In this document: piece by piece, positions 7,674 to 15,174 of the stretch
Numbering within the stretch: the stretch's first letter is position 1
Layout of the letters: every line of letters starts with the position of its first letter
DNA from: an uncultured Ruminococcus sp.
Lineage (GTDB): Bacteria > Bacillota > Clostridia > Oscillospirales > Ruminococcaceae
Assembly (NCBI GenBank): GCA_902796255.1
Contig: CADBOP010000077.1
Location: forward strand, 1-42,862
Length of the DNA: 42,862 nt
Direction of reading: 5' to 3'
The notes under the pieces: generated by a model
The model's database searches: none
What the model saw: the letters and a program-made list of their open reading frames with translations, nothing else
What the model was told of the DNA's origin: nothing
Position numbers and translations under genes: made by a program

Positions 7674-10301
7674 TTACTTAATAAATTCAGCAGCAACTGC
7701 TTCTAATTCTGCCAGAGCCTTGTCAACAAGTTCCTGTCTGCCGATACCAGCCATAGCACTGTCCGGACGGCCGCCGCCCTTGCCTTCTGTCAGGGCAGCA
7801 ATTTTCTTGACAATATTACCGGCATGTGCCCCCTTTTCCAGTGCAGCCTTTGTGCAGACACAGTATAACTGTCCTTTTTCGCCGCCGATTCCGGCCAATA
7901 CAGCAATCACAGGCTTATCTGTACTCTTAATCTGGTCGCCCATCTTACGAAGCATATCAGCATTTGCATTCTGCACAGCAGCTCCGACAACTTCCACACC
8001 ATTCACCAGTTTAGCTGATTTCAGAATATCATCCAATGCATTGCCGGCCATTTTCTGGCGGAGAGATTCTACAGTCTTTTCAGTTTCTTTCAGCTGAGCA
8101 GTCAGAGAAGCACATTTTGCAGGAAGTTCCGCCGGATTATTCAGTTTCAGAGCCTTTGCACTTTCATTGATAGTATTCTGCAAAGAATGGATTAATTCCA
8201 GAACCCCTTCACCGGTTACAGCTTCAATTCTTCTGACACCGGAAGCAACAGAGCTTTCTGAAATAATTCTGAACAAGCCGATATTGGCAGTATTCTTGAC
8301 ATGTGTACCGCCGCAGAATTCAACAGAAACTTCTCCGGCCTTTACAACTCTGACAACATCGCCATATTTTTCACCAAACAGAGCCATTGCACCGAGTTTC
8401 TTTGCCTGTTCGATAGGCATTTCATTGACTTCTACCGGAATGGCTTCAAGAATCCATGTATTGACAAGCGTTTCCACTTTCTGGATTTCTTCAGATGTCA
8501 TTGCACTGAAATGAGAGAAGTCAAAACGGCAGGCCTTTTCATTCACAAGCTGGCCGGCCTGATGAACATGGTCACCCAGCACTTCACGCAGAGCAGCCTG
8601 TAACAGGTGAGCCGCCGTATGATTTCTCATCACTTTGTTTCTGAATGTCGGGCAGACTTTCGTTTCAACATCATCACCAACAGAAAGCACCCCTGTTTTC
8701 ATGATACCAAAATGCAGGTAGTGTCCGTCTTCGTCCTTGGTAACAGCTGTCACTTTAAATTTCGCAGTATCTGTGAAAATCTTGCCGTGGTCAGCAACCT
8801 GACCACCACTTTCTGCATAGAACGGTGTAGTATCAAGAACAATCACAGCTTCTTCGCCTTCGCTGACAGAATCTGCATTTTCTTTATTTTTCAGAATAGC
8901 TAAAATTTCAGCATCTTCTGTCAGGGTGGTATAGCCGACAAATTCTGTTTTCTGGAGATTCAGCTTGATAGAATTATCAGCCCATGAAGAGCTTGCCTTT
9001 GCAGCATGGTCAGCTTTGGCTGTATCACGCTGTTTCTTGACCAGTTCCCGATAGCCTGCCTCATCTACAGCAAAGCCTTTTTCAGCAGCGATTTCAACAG
9101 TCAAATCAAACGGGAAGCCGTAAGTATCACTTAACTTGAAAACATCCTCACCAGACAAAATTTTATTTTCTGACTGATTCATGATATCTGTCAGCAGTTC
9201 CATACCCTTGTCGATTGTCTTAGCAAAAGCTTCTTCTTCGACTTTGATAATTTTCTTGATATATGCTCTTTTTTCTTCGAGTTCCGGATAAGCAATTTTA
9301 TTTTCATCAATCACAGTATCACAGACTTCATGCAGGAAAGTACCTTTAATGCCTATCATACGGCCATGACGGGCAGCACGTCTTAACAGTCTTCTTAATA
9401 CATAGCCTCTGCCTTCATTGGACGGCAGAACCCCGTCACCTACCATAAAAGTAGTGCTTCTGATATGGTCTGTAATCACTCGCAGAGATACATCAGTATC
9501 ATGATTTTCATGATACTTCACACCAGCGATTCTGGAGATATGTTTCATAATATTCTGCACAGTATCGACTTCAAAAAGATTGTCAACACCCTGCATTACA
9601 CAAGCCAGCCGCTCCAGTCCCATACCAGTATCAATATTTTTATGTTCCATTTCTGCATAATGGCCGTTGCCGTCAGAATCGAACTGACTGAATACCAGAT
9701 TCCATACTTCTACATATCTGTCACATTCACAGCCGACATGACAGTCAGGCTTTCCGCAGCCTTTTTCCGGACCACGGTCAAAATAAATTTCCGAACACGG
9801 ACCGCAAGGGCCTGTACCATGTTCCCAGAAATTGTCTTCTCTGCCCATTCTGACCATATGTGAGGGGTCAACCCCGATTTCCTTTGTCCAGATATCATAG
9901 GCTTCATCATCGTCCTCAAATACAGAACAATGCAGCAGTTCTTTCGGCATTTTCAGAACTTCTGTAAAAAATTCCCATGCCCACTGAATTGCTTCACGCT
10001 TGAAATAATCCCCGAACGAGAAGTTGCCGAGCATTTCAAAATACGTACCATGACGGGCGGTTTTTCCGACATTTTCAATATCAGGTGTTCTGATACATTT
10101 CTGACAGGTTGTCACACGCACATTCGGCGGTACAGCCTGCCCCAGAAAGAACTTTTTCAGCGGAGCCATACCGGAATTGATTAACAGCAGGCTCTTGTCT
10201 CCCTGAGGAATTAGAGAAGCACTGGCCATTCTGGTATGATTCTTGCTTTCAAAGAAAGTTAAAAACTGTTCACGAAGGTCGTTTAATCCACGCCATTCCA
10301 T
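7674..10301 (-). CDS. alaS: Alanine--tRNA ligase
   Basis: 875 aa. Class II core (FEMLGNFSFGDYFK), editing-domain zinc motifs HTAAHLL and CGGTHV, and a C-terminal DHHA1-like tail. Confidence 0.97.
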   Translation of the reverse strand: MEWRGLNDLREQFLTFFESKNHTRMASASLIPQGDKSLLLINSGMAPLKKFFLGQAVPPNVRVTTCQKCIRTPDIENVGKTARHGTYFEMLGNFSFGDYFKREAIQWAWEFFTEVLKMPKELLHCSVFEDDDEAYDIWTKEIGVDPSHMVRMGREDNFWEHGTGPCGPCSEIYFDRGPEKGCGKPDCHVGCECDRYVEVWNLVFSQFDSDGNGHYAEMEHKNIDTGMGLERLACVMQGVDNLFEVDTVQNIMKHISRIAGVKYHENHDTDVSLRVITDHIRSTTFMVGDGVLPSNEGRGYVLRRLLRRAARHGRMIGIKGTFLHEVCDTVIDENKIAYPELEEKRAYIKKIIKVEEEAFAKTIDKGMELLTDIMNQSENKILSGEDVFKLSDTYGFPFDLTVEIAAEKGFAVDEAGYRELVKKQRDTAKADHAAKASSSWADNSIKLNLQKTEFVGYTTLTEDAEILAILKNKENADSVSEGEEAVIVLDTTPFYAESGGQVADHGKIFTDTAKFKVTAVTKDEDGHYLHFGIMKTGVLSVGDDVETKVCPTFRNKVMRNHTAAHLLQAALREVLGDHVHQAGQLVNEKACRFDFSHFSAMTSEEIQKVETLVNTWILEAIPVEVNEMPIEQAKKLGAMALFGEKYGDVVRVVKAGEVSVEFCGGTHVKNTANIGLFRIISESSVASGVRRIEAVTGEGVLELIHSLQNTINESAKALKLNNPAELPAKCASLTAQLKETEKTVESLRQKMAGNALDDILKSAKLVNGVEVVGAAVQNANADMLRKMGDQIKSTDKPVIAVLAGIGGEKGQLYCVCTKAALEKGAHAGNIVKKIAALTEGKGGGRPDSAMAGIGRQELVDKALAELEAVAAEFIK

Positions 10302-10365
10302 AATAGAAAATCACTCCTAAATTTTTAAAAATTCTAATTTTTTGATAATAACCAAATACAAATAT

Positions 10366-10394
10366 AGTATAGCAAATTTCCGGCAAAAAGTCAA
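10366..10394 (-). promoter_or_regulatory. alaS promoter
   Basis: Minus strand reads TTGACT (10394..10389), a 17-nt spacer, then TGcTATACT (10374..10366). This leaves a leader of only about 55 nt. Confidence 0.6.
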
Positions 10395-10411
10395 TGATTT
10401 GCAATAAATTT

Positions 10412-11011
10412 TTATATTTTCGGTCTGAGTCTGATTTTAGGCTTTCTGATTAAATTTTCAAACTGTTTCAGATTTCTTGACAGCGAAGCCACCGGAAGTC
10501 CGACTACATTGAAATAATCCCCCTCAATTGCTCTGACCAGAAGCGAACCTTTGCCCTGAATCCCATAAGCACCGGCTTTGTCAAACGGCTCACCGGTATC
10601 CAGATAGGTATAAATTTCTTCATCAGAGAGTGTATAAAATTCTACTCTTGTTTCTGTAGTAAAAACCGTTGTCTGTGTATTATAATACAGGGAAACCCCT
10701 GTCAGGACAGAATGCACCTCGCCGGACAATTTCCGGAGCATCCGGAAGGCATCTTCACGATTTTCCGGTTTACCCATAATTTCGTCATCATAAATCACAA
10801 TTGTATCACAGCCGATAATAATCTTATCCGGAAAAAGTTTTGCACAGGCACTGGCTTTCATATCTGCCAGAAAAGCAGCAGCCATCTGGACAGGCATCCC
10901 CTCCGGAATAGTTTCCTCTGCATTGACCGGACAGATTTCAAAATCTTCTGTAATAAATTTTAATAACTCCTGTCGTCTGGGTGAACCAGAGGCTAAAATA
11001 ATATCACTCAT
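10412..11011 (-). CDS. maf: Maf-like nucleoside triphosphate pyrophosphatase
   Basis: N-terminal ILASGSPRRQELL and the AGAYGIQG motif; 199 aa. Confidence 0.9.
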   Translation of the reverse strand: MSDIILASGSPRRQELLKFITEDFEICPVNAEETIPEGMPVQMAAAFLADMKASACAKLFPDKIIIGCDTIVIYDDEIMGKPENREDAFRMLRKLSGEVHSVLTGVSLYYNTQTTVFTTETRVEFYTLSDEEIYTYLDTGEPFDKAGAYGIQGKGSLLVRAIEGDYFNVVGLPVASLSRNLKQFENLIRKPKIRLRPKI

Positions 11012-11247
11012 TTTTTCAGCACATCCTTCGGGTCATAATCAGGTTTCAGAACAAGATTCTGATTTTCAGCGACTTCTATTCTGTACTGTTCCTGCCATTC
11101 TTCAGGTGTAAAATCTTCTACAGACACAGAAACATGTGTCTGATTGCAGCCGATAGCCTCTGTCAGTGCAGCAGCCAATTTTTCAGCAGCGGCTTTTTTC
11201 TGTTCTTCTGTTCTGCCTTTCAGCATTTTAATAGTAATATGCGGCAT
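11008..11247 (-). CDS. 4-oxalocrotonate tautomerase family protein
   Basis: Begins MPHITIKMLKGRTEEQKK (catalytic Pro-1 after Met removal). 79 aa. ATGA overlap with maf. Confidence 0.75.
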   Translation of the reverse strand: MPHITIKMLKGRTEEQKKAAAEKLAAALTEAIGCNQTHVSVSVEDFTPEEWQEQYRIEVAENQNLVLKPDYDPKDVLKK

Positions 11248-11284
11248 AAAAATACCCCTTTCTGCATGATAAATTTACTATTTG

Positions 11285-11313
11285 ATTATAGCATATTTTC
11301 AGAAAAAAAGCAA
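11285..11313 (-). promoter_or_regulatory. Candidate promoter of the 4-OT/maf pair
   Basis: Minus strand reads TTGCTT (11313..11308), a 17-nt spacer, then TGcTATAAT (11293..11285). Confidence 0.45.
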
Positions 11314-11380
11314 GCATTGTATAATTTGTCAAAATTTTCCTGCTTTTATTGATAATTTTGCTGTTTTTTCAAAAAATTAC

Positions 11381-11409
11381 TTGCATTTTATTTTCAGATG
11401 TGCTATAAT
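11381..11409 (+). promoter_or_regulatory. dtd promoter
   Basis: TTGCAT (11381..11386), a 17-nt spacer, then TGcTATAAT (11401..11409). Confidence 0.55.
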
Positions 11410-11456
11410 AAAATTAATTATTTTATTTTTATCTCTTTCGCAAAAAAGGTGTTATC

Positions 11457-11891
11457 ATGAAACTTGTTGTACAGCGTGTGACAGAAGGCTCTGTTTCTGT
11501 AGACGGAAAAATCATCAGTCAGATTGGCCGTGGCTATGTCGTATTTCTTGGTGTCGGAGAACAGGATACTGAAGAAACAGCGGCAAAATTAGCGGATAAA
11601 TTAATCAAAATCCGCATATTTTCAGATTCTGACGGAAAAACCAATCTCTCACTCAAAGACGTTCAGGGAGAAATTTTAGTCATTTCACAATTTACACTCT
11701 ATGCAGACTGCAAAAAAAACAGGCCGAGTTTCTGTCATGCCGGAAATCCTGTGCTTGCAGAACAGCTTTATGAATTTTTCATTGCACGTCTGAAAACGCA
11801 GATAGCCTCTGTACAGCACGGCATATTCGGAGCAGATATGCAGGTACGCTTGTGTAATGATGGCCCTTTTACCGTTTTGCTGGAAGCATGA
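11457..11891 (+). CDS. dtd: D-aminoacyl-tRNA deacylase
   Basis: 144 aa. Starts MKLVVQRV and carries the SQFTLYAD and NDGPFT motifs typical of Dtd. Confidence 0.92.
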   Translation: MKLVVQRVTEGSVSVDGKIISQIGRGYVVFLGVGEQDTEETAAKLADKLIKIRIFSDSDGKTNLSLKDVQGEILVISQFTLYADCKKNRPSFCHAGNPVLAEQLYEFFIARLKTQIASVQHGIFGADMQVRLCNDGPFTVLLEA

Positions 11892-11929
11892 AGCAGACTT
11901 CCGGAAGTAATCTTAAAGGGGGAATTTCT

Positions 11930-12493
11930 ATGCAAATGGAGCAGTATCAGAATATCGTTGTGATTCACATCACGCACGGAAAATATACGAATTCTTGGGT
12001 ATATCGTGCAGATGCTGTCAATCCGGACAAAGAACACGGCTATGATTCACTGCCGGTGTATCTTTCTGCACTTCAGCAGACTATCACAAAGCCGGAAATT
12101 CATAAACGTGGCAACGGCGAAGACCAGCATTTGTATTATATTCCGATGGGAAATATCGTAGATTTGGAAAAAGCCAAAAAAATAGCTCTGGCAAAATTCG
12201 CTGTCTGGAAACAGTCATGGGAATCCATGCCGGAATATGTAGCAAAATTTATTTTCAGAAAAAAACAAAGCACTCCGGCAAGAGTAGAAATTTTTCGCAA
12301 AAAAAGCAGTCATGATGCCAAAAGTGCATATTTAAAGGCCTATCACCGTTCTGTATTCCGGCCGTATCACCCGCATAAAAACCAGCACGTCATTGTTTAT
12401 TGGCACGGGAACAGCATCCGGCAGATTACAGAAGAAATCAATGCTCTGATTTATGAACGCTGGCTGAACCCGAAACTTTCCAGCTGGCTGTAA
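11930..12493 (+). CDS. Hypothetical basic protein (187 aa from the RBS-supported ATG)
   Basis: The ORF is open from 11888 (ATGA overlap with the dtd stop). The ATG at 11930 is preceded by AAAGGGGG at 11915..11922. No recognisable motif; the C-terminal half is rich in K/R/H. Confidence 0.5.
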   Translation: MQMEQYQNIVVIHITHGKYTNSWVYRADAVNPDKEHGYDSLPVYLSALQQTITKPEIHKRGNGEDQHLYYIPMGNIVDLEKAKKIALAKFAVWKQSWESMPEYVAKFIFRKKQSTPARVEIFRKKSSHDAKSAYLKAYHRSVFRPYHPHKNQHVIVYWHGNSIRQITEEINALIYERWLNPKLSSWL

Positions 12494-12560
12494 TTCTGAA
12501 TATTTTTTTCAAAATCTCTCATAATTTCAGTATGACTGAAATTACGGGAGGTTTTTGTTT

Positions 12561-14219
12561 ATGAAAATTTTTCATAATATTTATCAGCGAATACTTGCAG
12601 TCAGCATCAGCTTTATCCTGCTGTGGACAGTTATCATGACTTATCTGGCATTTCAGATGAAAGATACTGCTTATCTGGAAACAGCCCTGCAACAGAGTCA
12701 GTTCACCCTGACAGCAGGCACTGCCGAAGGCGGAATTTATGACAGAAATTTTATTAATTTTGTAAATCAGGATATGAAATATTATGCCTCCGGAAATCCT
12801 GAACCGGAAATTTTACAGGAACTGTTTCCGCATATACAGGAAATTTCTCCTGTTCTGGAATCTCTCCGCACCGGAAAGCCGTTTCTTTGTCAGACAGATA
12901 CTAACCAGATTTTTAATCCGGATATTAAAATTCTGGAAGTCCCTGCACGATATTCTGAAACACCCTCTGCACAGCATGTACTTGGCTATACTCTGGAACA
13001 TACTGGTATTACAGGCATTGAAGCAGATTATGATTCTGTTTTAAGAGCAAGGGAAGACGCCGCTTCTGTAAGCTATACAACTGATGCACTGGGAAATATT
13101 CTTTCTGGTGCAGAACCCCTGACTTCTCCCGTGAAATATCTGAATGCCGGCATTGTGACAACTCTTGACAGCAGAATCCAGCATATCTGCGAAACACAGG
13201 AAATTCAAAAAGGTGCTGTTGTTGTCATGGATGTCCGAACCGGAGATATTTTAGCTATGGCAAGCTACCCGAGCTATACTCCCTCTGCCCTTGGAGATGC
13301 CCTGAGCAATCCGGACAGCCCCTTGATTAACCGCTGCTTATATGCCTATAATGTCGGTTCGATTTTCAAGCTCATCACCTGTGCAACAGCATATACCCAA
13401 GGCCTTCAGGAATATCGTGCTAACTGTACCGGCAGTTTTGAAATTAAAAATCAGCTCTTCCGCTGTCATAAGCTGACAGGCCACGGGATTTTAGATATGA
13501 AACAGGCTGTCATTCTGTCCTGCAACAGCTATTTTATACAGCTCAGCCAGTTATTACAGCCTGCTCTTATGCGTGAAACCGCTCAGGACTTCGGCTTCGG
13601 GACACAGATTCCCTTAACACACAGTATCATTTCCGCAAGCGGCACACTGCCATCCATGAAAGATTTGCATTATCCGGCAGAAATGGCGAATTTCTGTTTT
13701 GGTCAGGGACTTCTGACAGCAACCCCTCTGCAAATTACACAGATGACCTGCGGAATCGCCAATGATGGAAAAATGCCGATAGCCAGACTGATTCTTGGGA
13801 AAACCAGAGACGGCCTCACACTCTCCGAACATGCCAAAGCCCCCATGTATGCAAGAGCCATCAAGAAAGAAGCTGCTTATTATCTTCAGAATCTCATGAT
13901 TGCAGCAATTAATGAAAATGAAAATTCAAATGCCGTACCGGAAACTGTTTTTGCTGCCGGAAAGACTTCCACAGCCCAGACCGGACGTTTTGACCAGTCC
14001 GGAACAGAATACTGTCATGCATGGATAACAGGCTATTTTCCGATTGATGACCCTCAATATGCTGTAACTGTCCTGATAGAAGACGGAGGCTACGGCAATA
14101 CTGCCGCAGCCCCTGTTTTCAGAAATATTGCTGATAGCATCATCAATCAAGAACAGGCATTGCATACTGAAAAGCAAGCAGTACAACCGCCGCAGAAAGC
14201 AGAATCTGTATCAGAGTAA
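12561..14219 (+). CDS. Class B penicillin-binding protein (PBP2/SpoVD-like transpeptidase)
   Basis: N-terminal TM anchor. Motifs SxxK = GSIFK and SxN = SCN; the third motif reads KTS (AGKTSTAQ) rather than KTG. GGGAGG RBS at 12546..12551 supports the ATG at 12561 rather than the TTG at 12555. Confidence 0.85.
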   Translation: MKIFHNIYQRILAVSISFILLWTVIMTYLAFQMKDTAYLETALQQSQFTLTAGTAEGGIYDRNFINFVNQDMKYYASGNPEPEILQELFPHIQEISPVLESLRTGKPFLCQTDTNQIFNPDIKILEVPARYSETPSAQHVLGYTLEHTGITGIEADYDSVLRAREDAASVSYTTDALGNILSGAEPLTSPVKYLNAGIVTTLDSRIQHICETQEIQKGAVVVMDVRTGDILAMASYPSYTPSALGDALSNPDSPLINRCLYAYNVGSIFKLITCATAYTQGLQEYRANCTGSFEIKNQLFRCHKLTGHGILDMKQAVILSCNSYFIQLSQLLQPALMRETAQDFGFGTQIPLTHSIISASGTLPSMKDLHYPAEMANFCFGQGLLTATPLQITQMTCGIANDGKMPIARLILGKTRDGLTLSEHAKAPMYARAIKKEAAYYLQNLMIAAINENENSNAVPETVFAAGKTSTAQTGRFDQSGTEYCHAWITGYFPIDDPQYAVTVLIEDGGYGNTAAAPVFRNIADSIINQEQALHTEKQAVQPPQKAESVSE

Positions 14220-15135
14220 ATCTGATAACAACCTGTGTATCACTCCAGTTTTTATTTTTTCTTGCATGGTCATGAATGGGTGTTCTGATATTTTTCATGA
14301 AAGTCTTGGATTTTGTCACTCTCAGGATAGTTAATTTCACAAGCCCCAGACCACCGTCAATAAGCAGCATCAAGGCACAGGGAATAAACAGGAACGGCAT
14401 ATCAGAAAGCATAAAAGCCACTGCAATAATCAGACCAAGTGCTCTTGAGCCGGCATCGCCCATCAGAATACTGCTCGGCGAACAGTTAAACCAGAGATAA
14501 GCAATCAGCATGAAGATTGTCATCCAGACAAGCATATAGCCATAATTCTGTTCTGTGACAGAAGCAGCATACTGCATCAGGAATAAGACAGAAACCAATG
14601 TAATCAGTGACATACTTGTGCAGAGGCCGTCCACACCGTCAGAACAGTTTGTTACGTTGATACTTGCCCATACTAAAACAGTTCCTAAAATAATATAGAC
14701 AGGCATGGAAATCACAAGATTCATATGCAGGATAGGAAGCATCACATAGCCTCCTGTCAGATTCCATGCAGCAAAGGAAACCGCTATAGAAACGACTAAA
14801 TCTATCAGACCTTTTTTAAGTTCTCCCCACGGGACCTTGGCCGCATCATCCAAGAAACCGCTCATCATTTCGATAAAAATTGCTGCTAACAGGATAATCA
14901 TGCTGACATTCAGAGGGATGCACACCACACAGGCAACAATCAATGCACTGATTAAAATAATCCCTGCCCCTCTGGCCTTGCCTTTGGATAATGCACCATT
15001 GACAGCAAATTCTCTGCCGTGGTCTTTCGGCAGATATTTTGTAAACCCTAAAATTCCGCCGAGTGTCAGCCCGAAAGCCAATACTGCTGCAATCAGCAGT
15101 ATCAGCGTTTTACTCTCTACTAAATCAAAAATCAT
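14143..15135 (-). CDS. MraY-like polyprenyl-phosphate N-acetylhexosamine-1-phosphate transferase (divergent paralogue)
   Basis: 330 aa with about 10 TM segments. Family motifs FLDD, NCSDGVDGL and MGDAGSRALG are present. The MraY HHH loop reads PIHDHAR and the N-terminal cytoplasmic loop is non-canonical. Confidence 0.75.
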   Translation of the reverse strand: MIFDLVESKTLILLIAAVLAFGLTLGGILGFTKYLPKDHGREFAVNGALSKGKARGAGIILISALIVACVVCIPLNVSMIILLAAIFIEMMSGFLDDAAKVPWGELKKGLIDLVVSIAVSFAAWNLTGGYVMLPILHMNLVISMPVYIILGTVLVWASINVTNCSDGVDGLCTSMSLITLVSVLFLMQYAASVTEQNYGYMLVWMTIFMLIAYLWFNCSPSSILMGDAGSRALGLIIAVAFMLSDMPFLFIPCALMLLIDGGLGLVKLTILRVTKSKTFMKNIRTPIHDHARKNKNWSDTQVVIRFTLIQILLSAAVVLLAFQYAMPVLD

Positions 15136-15174
15136 AAATCCAGATTCTCCTTCTCTTGAATTAATAATATATAT

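Noticed and set aside
10302-10411. Possible T-box leader upstream of alaS
   Set aside because: Only 110 nt separate alaS from maf. The promoter at 10366..10394 leaves a leader of about 55 nt, which is far too short for a T-box. I saw no T-box consensus or terminator/antiterminator pair.
12522-12544. Hairpin taatttcag/ctgaaatta just before the PBP RBS as an attenuator
   Set aside because: It has nine mostly A-T base pairs with no T-run or alternative structure. The predicted stability is too low to argue for regulation.
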